This document shows, piece by piece, positions 12,901-25,840 of a stretch of 64,000 bases of DNA. The stretch comes from Azolla caroliniana. Lineage: Eukaryota > Plantae > Polypodiophyta. The notes under the pieces are model-generated. The model saw only the letters and a list, made by a program, of their open reading frames with translations. It had not been told where the DNA came from and did not search any database. How positions within the stretch are numbered: the first letter of the stretch is position 1; each line of letters starts with the position of its first letter. Both the position numbers and the translations under genes were made by a program. Where the stretch lies: contig JBHGNT010000024.1 in NCBI GenBank assembly GCA_043228905.1, positions 186,001 through 250,000 on the forward strand. The letters are read 5' to 3'.

Positions 12901-15900
12901 GAAATATGCGAATCGAAGCTAACAACGCTACCTATGATATGGAATTAAAAAATCAAGATTTTGAAACTCAGGTCGAGAGACATGACGAAAATAGCAAACT
13001 TGAGGAGGGAGTTGAGAAGAGCCCTTGAGTAAATTAAAATTTTCATACCTGGCTCGTGTGATATCGAATTTTTGTGTTCAAACATGCGAATCGAAGCTAA
13101 CAAGGCTACCTATGATATGGAATTAAAAAATCAAGATTTTAAAACTCAGGTCGAGAGACATGACGAAAATAGCAAACTTGAGGAGGGAGTTGAGAGGAGC
13201 CCTTGAGTAAATTAAAATCTTCATACCTGGCTCGTGTGATATCGGATTTTTGTGTTCAAACATGCAAACCGAAGCTAGCAATGCTAGCTATGATATGAAA
13301 TTAAAAAATCAAGATTTTAAAACTCAAGTCCAGAGACATGACGAAATTACCTAATTTGAGGAGTGAGTTGAGAAGAGCTAGTAGGTAAATTTAAATGTTC
13401 ATACCTGGCTCGTGTCATATCGGATTTTTGTGTTCAAACATGCGAATCGAAGCTAACAACGCTAGCTATGATATAGAATTAAAAAATCAATATTTTGAAA
13501 TTCAGGTCGAGAGACATGACGAAAATACCAAACTTGAGGAGGGAGTTGAGAGGAGCCCTTGAGTAAATTAAAATGTTCATACCTGGCTCGTGTGATATCG
13601 GATTTTTGTGTTCAAACATGCAAATCGAAGCTAACAACGCTACCTATGATATGGAATTAAAAAATCAAGATTTTATAACTCAAGTCCAGAGACATGACGA
13701 AATTACCAAATTTGAGGAGTGAGTTGAAAAGAGGTAGTAGGTAAATTAAAATGTTCATACCTGGCTCGTGTCATTTCGGATTTATGTGTTCAAATATGCG
13801 AATCGAAGCTAACACCGCTAGCTATGAGATGGAATTAAAAAATCAAGATTTTGAAACTCCGGTCGACAGACATGATGAAAATAGCAAACTTGAGGAGGGA
13901 GTGGAGAAGAGCCCTTGAGTAAATTAAAATGTTCATACCTTGCTCGTATGATATCGAATTTTTGTGTTCAAACATGCGAATCGAAGCTAACAACCCTACC
14001 TATGATATGGAATTAAAAAATCAAGATTTTGAAACTCAGGTCGAGAGACATGACGAAAATAGCAAACTTGAGGAGGGAGTTGAGAGGAGCACTTGAGTAA
14101 ATTAAAATGTTCATACCTGGCTCGTGTGATATCGGAGTTTTGTGTTCAAACATGCGAATCGAAGCTGGCGACGCTACCTATGATATGGAATTAAAAAATC
14201 AAGATTTTGAAACTCAGGTCGAGAGACATAACGAAAATAGCAAACTTGAGGAGGGGGTTGAGAGGAGCCCTTGAGTAAATTAAAATGTTCATAGCTGGCT
14301 CTTGTGATATCGGATTTTTGTGTTCAAACATGCAAATCGAAGCTAACAACGCTACCTATGATATGGAATTAAAAAATCAAGATTTTAAAACGCAAGTCCA
14401 GAGACATGACGAAATTACCAAATTTGAGGAGTGAGTTGAGAAGAGGTAGTAGGTAAATTAAAATGTTCATACCTGGCTCGTGTCATATCGGATTTATGTG
14501 TTCAAATATGCGAATCGAAGCTAACAACGCTACCTATGATATGGAATTAAAAAATCAAGATTTTAAAACTCAGGTCGAGAGACATGACGAAAATAGCAAA
14601 CTTGAGGAGGGAGTTGAGAGGAGCCCTTGAGTAAATTAAAATGTTCATACCTGGCTCGTGTGATATCGGATGTTTGTGTTCAAACATGCGAATCGAAGCT
14701 AGCAACGCTAGCTATGATATGGAATTAAAAAATCAAGATTTTGAAACTCAGGTCGAGAGACATGACGAAAGTAGCAAACTTGAGGAGGGAGTTGAGAAGA
14801 GCCCTTGAGTAAATTAAAATTTTCATACCTGGCTCGTGTGATATCGAATTTTTGTGTTCAAACATGCGAATCGAAGCTAACAACGCTACCTATGATATGG
14901 AATTAAAAAATCAAGATTTTGAAACTCAGGTCGAGAGACATGACGAAAATAGCAAACTTGAGGAGTGAGTTGAGGAGAGGTAGTAGGTAAATTAAAATGT
15001 TCATACCTGGCTCTTGTGATATTGGATTTTTGTGTTCAAACATGCAAATCGAAGCTGGCGACGCTACCTATGATATGGAACTAAAAAATCAAGATTTTGA
15101 ACCTCAGGTCGAGAGACATGACGAAAATAGCAAACTTGAGGAGGGAGTTGAGAGGAGCCCTTGAGTAAATTAAAATGTTCATACCTGGCTCGTGTGATAT
15201 CGGATTTTTGTGTTCAAACATGCGAATCGAAGCTAACAATGCTAGCTATGATATGGAATTAAAAAATCAAGATTTTAAAACTCAAGTCCAGAGACATGAC
15301 GAAATTACCTAATTTGAGGAGTGAGTTGAGAAGAGCTAGTAGGTAAATTTAAATGTTCATACCTGGCTCGTGTCATATCGGATTTATTTGTTCAAATATG
15401 CGAATCGAAGCTAACAACGCTAGCTATGATATGGAATTAAAAAATCAAGATTTTGAAACTCAGGTCGAGAGACATGACGAAAATAGCAAACTTGAGGAGG
15501 GAGTTGAGAGGAGCCCTTGAGTAAATTAAAATGTTCATATCGGGCTTGTGTGGTATCGGATTTTTGTGTTCAAACATGCAAATCGAAGCTAACAAGGCTA
15601 CCTATGATATGGAATTAATAAATCAAGAATTTGAAACTCAGGTCAAGAGATATGACGAAAATAGCAAACTTGAGGAGGGAGTTGAGAGGAGCCCTTGAGT
15701 TAATTAAAATGTTCATACCTGGCTCGTGTGGTATCGGATTTTTGTGTTCAAACATGCGAATCGAAGCTAACAATGCTAGCTATGATATGGAATTAAAAAA
15801 TCAAGATTTTAAAACTCAAGTCCAGAGACATGACGAAATTACCTAATTTGAGAAGTGAGTTGAGAAGAGCTAGTAGGTAAATTTAAATGTTCATACCTGG

Positions 15901-18227
15901 CTCGTGTCATATCGGATTTATTTGTTCAAATATGCGAATCGAAGCTAACAACGCTAGCTATGATATGGAATTAAAAAATCAAGATTTTGAAACTCAGGTC
16001 GAGAGACATGACGAAAATAGCAAACTTGAGGAGGGAGTTGAGAAGAGCCCTTGAGTAAATTAAAATGTTCATACCTGGCTCGTGTGATATCGAATTTTTG
16101 TGTTCAAACATGCGAATCGAAGCTAACAACGCTACCGATGATATGGAATTAAAAAATCAAGATTTTAAAACTCAGGTCGAGAGACATGACGAAAATAGCA
16201 AACTTGAGGAGGGAGTTGAGAGGATCCCTTGAGTAAATTAAAATGTTCATACCTAGCTCGTGTGATATCGGATTTTTGTGTTCAAACATGCGAATCGAAG
16301 CTAACAACGCTAGCTATGATATGGAATTAAAAAATCAAGAATTTGAAACTCAGGTCGAGAGATGTGACGAAATTACCAAATTTGAGAAGTGATTTGAGAG
16401 GAGCCCTTGAGTAAATTAAAATGTTCATATCGGGCTCGTGTGATATCGGATTTTTGTGTTCAAACTTGCAAATCGAAGCTAACAACGCTACCTATGATAT
16501 GGAATTAAAAAATCAAGAATTTGAAACTCAGGTCGAGAGACATGACGAAAATAGCAAACTTGAGGAGGGAGTTGAGAGGAGCCCTTGAGTAAATTAAAAT
16601 GTTCATATCGGGCTTGTGTGCTATCGGATTTTTGTGTTCAAACATGCAAATCGAAGCTAACAAGGCTACCTATGATATGGAATTAATAAATCAAGAATTT
16701 GAAACTCAGGTCGAGAGATATGACGAAAATAGCAAACTTGAGGAGGGAGTTGAGAGGAGCCCTTGAGTTAATTAAAATGTTCATACCTGGCTCGTGTGGT
16801 ATCGGATTTTTGTGTTCAAACATGCGAATCGAAGCTAACAATGCTAGCTATGATATGGAATTAAAAAATCAAGATTTTAAAACTCAAGTCCAGAGACATG
16901 ACGAAATTACCTAATTTGAGGAGTGAGTTGAGAAGAGCTAGTAGGTAAATTTAAATGTTCATACCTGGCTCGTGTCATATCGGATTTATTTGTTCAAATA
17001 TGCGACTCGAAGCTAACAACGCTAGCTATGATATGGAATTAAAAAATCAAGATTTTGAAACTCAGGACGAGAGACATGACGAAAATAGCAAACTTGAGGA
17101 GGGAGTTGAGAAGAGCCCTTGAGTAAATTAAAATGTTCATACCTGGCTCGTGTGATATCGAATTTTTGTGTTCAAACATGCGAATCGAAGCTAACAACGC
17201 TACCGATGATATGGAATTAAAAAATCAAGATTTTAAAACTCAGGTCGAGAGACATGACGAAAATAGCAAACTTGAGGAGGGAGTTGAGAGGAGCCCTTGA
17301 GTAAATTAAAATGTTCATACCTGGCTCGTGTGATATCGGATTTTTGTGTTCAAACATGCGAATCGAAGCTAGCAACGCTAGCTATGATATGGAATTAAAA
17401 AATCAAGATTTTGAAACTCAGGTCGAGAGACATGACGAAAATAGCAAACTTGAGGAGGGAGTTGAGAAGAGCCCTTGAGTAAATTAAAATGTTCATACCT
17501 GGCTCGTGTGATATCGAATTTTTGTGTTCAAACATGCGAATCGAAGCTAACAACGCTAGCTATGATATGGAATTAAAAAATCAAGATTTTAAAACTCAGG
17601 TCGAGAGACATGACGAAAATAGCAAACTTGAGGAGTGAGTTGAGAAGAGCCCTTGAGTAAATTAAAATGTTCATACCTGGCTCGTGTGATATCGAATTTT
17701 TGTGTTCAAACATGCGAATCGAAGCTAACAACGCTACCTATGATATGGAATAAAAAAATCAAGATTTTGAAACTCAGGTCGAGAGACATGACGAAAATAG
17801 CAAACTTGAGGAGTGAGTTGAGAGGAGCACTTGAGTAAATTAAAATGTTCATACCTGGCTCGTATGATATCGGAGTTTTGTGTTCAAACATGCGAATCGA
17901 AGCTGGCGACGCTACCTATGATATGGAATTAAAAAATCAAGATTTTGAAACTCAGGTCGAGAGACATAACGAAAATAGCAAACTTGAGGAGGGAGTTGAG
18001 AGGAGCCCTTGAGTAAATTAAAATGTTCATAGCTGGCTCTTGTGATATCGGATTTTTGTGTTCAAACATGCAAATCGAAGCTAACAACGCTAGCTATGAT
18101 ATGGAATTAAAAAATCAAGATTTTAAAACGAAGTCCAGAGACATGACGAAATTACCAAATTTGAGGAGTGAGCTGAGAAGAGCTAGTAGGTAAATTAAAC
18201 TTCTCATACCTGGCTCGTGTGATATCG
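3967..18227. repeat. Large tandem duplication: 41-monomer copy (~3967-11263) followed by 39-monomer copy (~11264-18227)
   Basis: ORF offsets are 7297 (=41x178-1; 5329/12626, 8334/15631, 9402/16699) and 6941 (=39x178-1; 10712/17653). Shared markers: GGATCC (8925/16222), AAACTTCTCATA, and a 1-bp deletion AAAACGAAGTCC. Confidence 0.93.
9721..10432. repeat. Dimer (356 bp) tandem duplication present only in the first copy of the large duplication
   Basis: CAGGACGAG and GCTACCGATG each occur twice 356 bp apart here, but once in the equivalent part of the second copy (~17.06-17.2 kb). This explains 7297 vs 6941. Confidence 0.88.
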
Positions 18228-19163
18228 GATTTTTGTGTTCAAACATGCGAATCGAAGCTAACAACGCTAGCTATGATATGGAATTAAAAAATCAAGAATT
18301 TGAAACTCAGGTCGAGAGATGTGACGAAATTACCAAATTTGAGAAGTGATTTGAGAGGAGCCCTTGAGTAAATTAAAATGTTCATATCGGGCTCGTGTGA
18401 TATCGGATTTTTGTGTTCAAACTTGCAAATCGAAGCTAACAACGCTACCTATGATATGGAATTAAAAAATCAAGAATTTGAAACTCAGGTCGAGAGACAT
18501 GACGAAAATAGCAAACTTGAGGAGGGAGTTGAGAGGAGCCCTTGAGTAAATTAAAATGTTCATATCGGGCTTGTGTGCTATCGGATTTTTGTGTTCAAAC
18601 ATGCAAATCGAAGCTAACAAGGCTACCTATGATATGGAATTAATAAATCAAGAATTTGAAACTCAGGTCGAGAGATATGACGAAAATAGCAAACTTGAGG
18701 AGGGAGTTGAGAGGAGCCCTTGAGTTAATTAAAATGTTCATACCTGGCTCGTGTGGTATCGGATTTTTGTGTTCAAACATGCGAATCGAAGCTAACAATG
18801 CTAGCTATGATATGGAATTAAAAAATCAAGATTTTAAAACCCAAGTCCAGAGACATGACGAAATTACCTAATTTGAGGAGTGAGTTGAGAAGAGCTAGTA
18901 GGTAAATTAAAATGCTCATACCTGGCTCGTGTGATATCGGATTTATGTGTTCAAATATGCGACTCGAAGCTAACAACGCTAGCTATGATATGGAATTAAA
19001 AAATCAAGATTTTGAAACTCAGGTCGAGAGACATGACGAAAATAGCAAACTTGAGGAGGGAGTTGAGAAGAGCCCTTGAGTAAATTAAAATGTTCATACC
19101 TGGCTCGTGTGATATCGGATTTTTGTGTTCAAACATGCAAATCGAAGCTAGCAACGCTAGCTA

Positions 19164-22100
19164 TGATATGGAATTAAAAAATCAAGAATTTGAAACTCAG
19201 GTCGAGAGACATGACGAAAATAGCAAACGTGAGGAGGGAGTTGAGAGGAGCCCTTGAGTAAATTAAAATGTTCATACCTGACTCGTGTGATATCGGATTT
19301 TTGTGTTCAAACATGCAAATCGAAGCTAACAACGCTAGCTATGATATGGAATTAAAAAATCAAGATTTTAGAACGCAAGTCCAGAGACATGACGAAATAA
19401 CCAAATTTGAGGAGTGAGCTGAGAAGAGCTAGTAGGTAAATTAAAATGCTCATACCTGGCTCGTGTGATATCGGATTTATGTGTTCAAATATGCGACTCG
19501 AAGCTAACAACGCTAGCTATGATATGGAATTAAAAAATCAAGATTTTGAAACTCAGGTCGAGAGACATGACGTAAATAGCAAACTTGAGGAGGGAGTTGA
19601 GAGGAGCCCTTGAGTAAATTAAACTGTTCATATCGGGCTCGTGTGATATCGGATTTTTGTGTTCAAACATGCAAATCGAACCTAACAATGCTACCTATGA
19701 TATGGAATTAAAAAATCAAGAATTTGAAACTTAGGTCGAGAGATGTGACGAAATTACCAAATCTGAAGAGTGAGTTGAGAGGAGCCCTTGAGTAAATTAA
19801 AATGTTCATACCTGGCTCGTGTGATATCGGATTTTTGTGTTCAAACATGCGAATCGAAGCTAGCAACGCTAGCTATGATATGGAATTAAAAAATCAAGAA
19901 TTTGAAACTCAGGTCGAGAGACATGACAAAAATAGCAAACGTGAGGAGGGAGTTGAGAGGAGCCCTTGAGTAAATTAAAATGTTCATACCTGACTCGTGT
20001 GATATCGGATTTTTGTGTTCAAACATGCAAATCGAAGCTAACAACGCTACCTATGATATGCAATTAAAAAATCAAGATTTTAAAACGCAAGTCCAGAGAC
20101 ATGACGAAATTACCAAATTTGAGGAGTGAGCTGAGAAGAGCTAGTAGGTAAATTAAAATGCTCATACCTGGCTCGTGTGATATCGGATTTATGTGTTCAA
20201 ATATGCGACTCGAAGCTAACAACGCTAGCTATGATATGGAATTAAAAAATCAAGATTTTGAAACTCAGGTCGAGAGACATGACGAAAATAGCAAACTTGA
20301 GGAAGGAGTTGAGAAGAGCTAGTAGGTAAATTAAAATGTTCATACCTGGCTCGTGTGATATCGGATTTTTGTGTTCAAACATGCAAATCGAAGCTAACAA
20401 CGCTAGCTATGATATGGAATGAAAAAATCAAGAATTTGAAACTCAGGTCGAGAGATGTGACGAAATTACCAAATTTGAGGAGTGATTTGAGAGGAGCCCT
20501 TGAGTAAATTAAAATGTTCATACCTGGCTCGTGTGATATCGGATTTTTGTGTTCAAACATGCAAATCGAAGCTAGCAACGCTACCTATGATATGGAATTA
20601 AAAAATCAAGATTTTAAAACTCAGGTCGAGAGATGTGACGAAATTACCAAATTTGAGGAGTGATTTGAGAGGAGCCCTTGAGTAAATTAAAATGTTCATA
20701 CCTGGCTCGTGTGATATCGGATTTTTGTGTTCAAACATGCAAATCGAAGCTAGCAACGCTACCTATGATATGGAATTAAAAAATCAAGATTTTAAAACTC
20801 AGGTCGAGAGATATGACGAAAATAGCAAACTTGAGGAGGGAGTTGAGAAGAGCCCTTGAGTAAATTAAAATGTTCATACCTGGCTCGTGTGATATCGAAT
20901 TTGAAACTCAGGTCGAGAGATGTGACGAAATTACCAAATTTGAGAAGTGATTTGAGAGGAACCCTTGAGTAAATTAAAATGTTCATATCGGGCTCGTGTG
21001 ATATCGGATTTTTGTGTTCAAACATGCAAATCGAAGCTAACAATGCTACCTATGATATGGAATTAAAAAATCAAGAATTTGAAACTCAGGTCGAGAGATG
21101 TGACGAAATTACCAAATCTGAAGAGTGAGTTGAGAAGAGCTAGTAGTTAAATTAAAATGTTCATATCGGGCTCGTGTGATATGGAATTAAAAAATCAAGA
21201 ATTTGAAACTCAGGTCGAGAGACATGACGAAAATAGCAAACGTGAGGAGGGAGTTGAGAGGAGCCCTTGAGTAAATTAAAATGTTCATACCTGACTCGTG
21301 TGATATCGGATTTTTGTGTTCAAACATGCAAATCGAAGCTAACAACGCTAGCTATGATATGGAATTAAAAAATCAAGATTTTAGAACGCAAGTCCAGAGA
21401 CATGACGAAATAACCAAATTTGAGGAGTGAGCTGAGAAGAGCTAGTAGGTAAATTAAAATGCTCATACCTGGCTCGTGTGATATCGGATTTATGTGTTCA
21501 AATATGCGACTCGAAGCTAACAACGCTAGCTATGATATGGAATTAAAAAATCAAGATTTTGAAACTCAGGTCGAGAGACATGACGTAAATAGCAAACTTG
21601 AGGAGGGAGTTGAGAGGAGCCCTTGAGTAAATTAAACTGTTCATATCGGGCTCGTGTGATATCGGATTTTTGTGTTCAAACATGCAAATCGAACCTAACA
21701 ATGCTACCTATGATATGGAATTAAAAAATCAAGAATTTGAAACTTAGGTCGAGAGATGTGACGAAATTACCAAATCTGAAGAGTGAGTTGAGAGGAGCCC
21801 TTGAGTAAATTAAAATGTTCATACCTGGCTCGTGTGATATCGGATTTTTGTGTTCAAACATGCGAATCGAAGCTAGCAACGCTAGCTATGATATGGAATT
21901 AAAAAATCAAGAATTTGAAACTCAGGTCGAGAGACATGACAAAAATAGCAAACGTGAGGAGGGAGTTGAGAGGAGCCCTTGAGTAAATTAAAATGTTCAT
22001 ACCTGACTCGTGTGATATCGGATTTTTGTGTTCAAACATGCAAATCGAAGCTAACAACGCTACCTATGATATGCAATTAAAAAATCAAGATTTTAAAACG

Positions 22101-23363
22101 CAAGTCCAGAGACATGACGAAATTACCAAATTTGAGGAGTGAGCTGAGAAGAGCTAGTAGGTAAATTAAAATGCTCATACCTGGCTCGTGTGATATCGGA
22201 TTTATGTGTTCAAATATGCGACTCGAAGCTAACAACGCTAGCTATGATATGGAATTAAAAAATCAAGATTTTGAAACTCAGGTCGAGAGACATGACGAAA
22301 ATAGCAAACTTGAGGAAGGAGTTGAGAAGAGCTAGTAGGTAAATTAAAATGTTCATACCTGGCTCGTGTGATATCGGATTTTTGTGTTCAAACATGCAAA
22401 TCGAAGCTAACAACGCTAGCTATGATATGGAATGAAAAAATCAAGAATTTGAAACTCAGGTCGAGAGATGTGACGAAATTACCAAATTTGAGGAGTGATT
22501 TGAGAGGAGCCCTTGAGTAAATTAAAATGTTCATACCTGGCTCGTGTGATATCGGATTTTTGTGTTCAAACATGCAAATCGAAGCTAGCAACGCTACCTA
22601 TGATATGGAATTAAAAAATCAAGATTTTAAAACTCAGGTCGAGAGATGTGACGAAATTACCAAATTTGAGGAGTGATTTGAGAGGAGCCCTTGAGTAAAT
22701 TAAAATGTTCATACCTGGCTCGTGTGATATCGGATTTTTGTGTTCAAACATGCAAATCGAAGCTAGCAACGCTACCTATGATATGGAATTAAAAAATCAA
22801 GATTTTAAAACTCAGGTCGAGAGATATGACGAAAATAGCAAACTTGAGGAGGGAGTTGAGAAGAGCCCTTGAGTAAATTAAAATGTTCATACCTGGCTCG
22901 TGTGATATCGAATTTGAAACTCAGGTCGAGAGATGTGACGAAATTACCAAATTTGAGAAGTGATTTGAGAGGAACCCTTGAGTAAATTAAAATGTTCATA
23001 TCGGGCTCGTGTGATATCGGATTTTTGTGTTCAAACATGCAAATCGAAGCTAACAATGCTACCTATGATATGGAATTAAAAAATCAAGAATTTGAAACTC
23101 AGGTCGAGAGATGTGACGAAATTACCAAATCTGAAGAGTGAGTTGAGAAGAGCTAGTAGTTAAATTAAAATGTTCATATCGGGCTCGTGTGATATGGAAT
23201 TAAAAAATCAAGAATTTGAAACTCAGGTCGAGAGACATGACGAAAATAGCAAACGTGAGGAGGGAGTTGAGAGGAGCCCTTGAGTAAATTAAAATGTTCA
23301 TACCTGACTCGTGTGATATCGGATTTTTGTGTTCAAACATGCAAATCGAAGCTAACAACGCTA
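19164..23363. repeat. 12-monomer HOR of 2013 bp, two full copies plus a partial third, carrying two truncated monomers (109 bp and 124 bp)
   Basis: ORF offset 2013 = 12x178 - 69 - 54. Deletion junctions GATATCGAATTTGAAAC (~20891, ~22904) and GTGTGATATGGAATT (~21174, ~23187). Markers GACGTAAAT, AAACTGTTC, GAACCTAAC, TTAGGTCG. Confidence 0.93.
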
Positions 23364-23704
23364 CCTATGATATGGAATTAAAAAATCAAGATTTTAAAAC
23401 GCAAGTCCAGAGACATGACGAAATTACCAAATTTGAGGAGTGAGCTGAGAAGAGCTAGTAGGTAAATTAAAATGCTCATACCTGGCTCGTGTGATATCGG
23501 ATTTATGTGTTCAAATATGCGACTCGAAGTTAACAACGCTAGCTATGATATGGAATTAAAAAATCAAGATTTTGAAACTCAGGTCGAGAGACATGACGAA
23601 AATAGCAAACTTGAGGAGGGAGTTGAGAGGAGCCCTTGAGTAAATTAAAATGTTCATACCTGGCTCGTGTGATATCGGATTTTTGTGTTCAAACATGCAA
23701 ATCG

Positions 23705-25840
23705 AAGCTAGCAATGCTAGCTATGATATGGAATTAAAAAATCAAGATTTTGAAACTCAGGTCGGGAGACATGACGAAAATAGCAAACGTGAGGAGGGAG
23801 TTGAGAGGAGCCCTTGAGTAAATTAAAATGTCAATACCTGACTCGTGTGGTATCGGATTCTTGTGTTCAAACATGCAAATCGAAGCTAACAACGCTACCT
23901 ATGATATGGAATTAAAAAATCAAGATTTTGAAACGCAAATCCAGAGACATGACGAAATTACCAAATTTGAGGAGTGAGCTGAGAAGAGCTAGTAGGTAAA
24001 TTAAAATGCTCATACCTGGCTCATGTGATATCGGATTTATGTGTTCAAATATGCGAATCGAAGCTAACAACGCTAGCTATGATATGGAATTAAAAAATCA
24101 AGATTTTGAAACTCAGGTCAAGAGACATGACGAAAATAGCAAACTTGAGGAAGGAGTTGAGAAGAGCTAGTAGGTAAATTAAAATGTTCATACCTGGCTC
24201 GTGTGATATCGGATTTTTGTGTTCAAACATGCGAATCGAAGCTAACAACGCTAGCTATGATATGGAATTAAAAAATCAAGAATTTGAAACTCAGGTCGAG
24301 AGATGTGACGAAATTACCAAATTTGAGAAGTGATTTGAGAGGAGCCCTTCAGTAAATTAAAATGTTCATATCGGGCTCGTGTGATATCGGATTTTTGTGT
24401 TCAAACATGCAAATCGAAGCTAACAATGCTACCTATGATATTGAATTAAAAAATCAAGAATTTGAAGCTCAGGTCGAGAGATGTGACGAAATTACCAAAT
24501 CTGAAGAGTGAGTTGAGAAGAGCTAGTAGGTAAATTAAAATGTTCATATCGGGCTCGTGTGATATCGGATTATGGTGTTCAAACATGCAAATCGAAGCTA
24601 ACAACGCTACCTATGATATGGAATTAAAAAATCAAGAATTTGAAACTCAGGTCGAGAGACATGACGAAAATAGCAAACTTGAGGAGGGAGTTGAGAGGAG
24701 CCCTTGAGTAAATTAAAATGTTCATATCGAGCCCGTGTGCTATCGGATTTTTGTGTTCAAACATGCAAATCGAAGCTAGCAATGCTAGCTATGATATGGA
24801 ATTAAAAAATCAAGATTTTGAAACTCAGGTCGGGAGACATGACGAAAATAGCAAACGTGAGGAGGGAGTTGAGAGGAGCCCTTGAGTAAATTAAAATGTC
24901 AATACCTGACTCGTGTGGTATCGGATTCTTGTGTTCAAACATGCAAATCGAAGCTAACAACGCTACCTATGATATGGAATTAAAAAATCAAGATTTTGAA
25001 ACGCAAGTCCAGAGACATGACGAAATTACCAAATTTGAGGAGTGAGCTGAGAAGAGCTAGTAGGTAAATTAAAATGCTCATACCTGGCTCGTGTGATATC
25101 GGATTTATGTGTTCAAATATGCGAATCGAAGCTAACAACGCTAGCTATGATATGGAATTAAAAAATCAAGATTTTGAAACTCAGGTCAAGAGACATGACG
25201 AAAATAGCAAACTTGAGGAAGGAGTTGAGAAGAGCTAGTAGGTAAATTAAAATGTTCATACCTGGCTCGTGTGATATCGGATTTTTGTGTTCAAACATGC
25301 GAATCGAAGCTAACAACGCTAGCTATGATATGGAATTAAAAAATCAAGATTTTGAAACTCAGGTCGAGAGATGTGACGAAATTACCAAATTTGAGAAGTG
25401 ATTTGAGAGGAGCCCTTCAGTAAATTAAAATGTTCATATCGGGCTCGTGTGATATCGGATTTTTGTGTTCAAACATGCAAATCGAAGCTAACAATGCTAC
25501 CTATGATATTGAATTAAAAAATCAAGAATTTGAAGCTCAGGTCGAGAGATGTGACGAAATTACCAAATCTGAAGAGTGAGTTGAGAAGAGCTAGTAGGTA
25601 AATTAAAATGTTCATATCGGGCTCGTGTGATATCGGATTATGGTGTTCAAACATGCAAATCGAAGCTAACAACGCTACCTATGATATGGAATTAAAAAAT
25701 CAAGAATTTGAAACTCAGGTCGAGAGACATGACGAAAATAGCAAACTTGAGGAGGGAGTTGAGAGGAGCCCTTGAGTAAATTAAAATGTTCATATCGGGC
25801 TCGTGTGCTATCGGATTTTTGTGTTCAAACATGCAAATCG
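23705..25840. repeat. 6-monomer (1068 bp) tandem duplication
   Basis: GTCGGGAGAC (23761/24829), ATGTCAATACC, GGATTCTTG, CCCTTCAG, GATATTGAA and GATTATGGTG recur at a 1068 offset, with a few differences. Confidence 0.85.
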
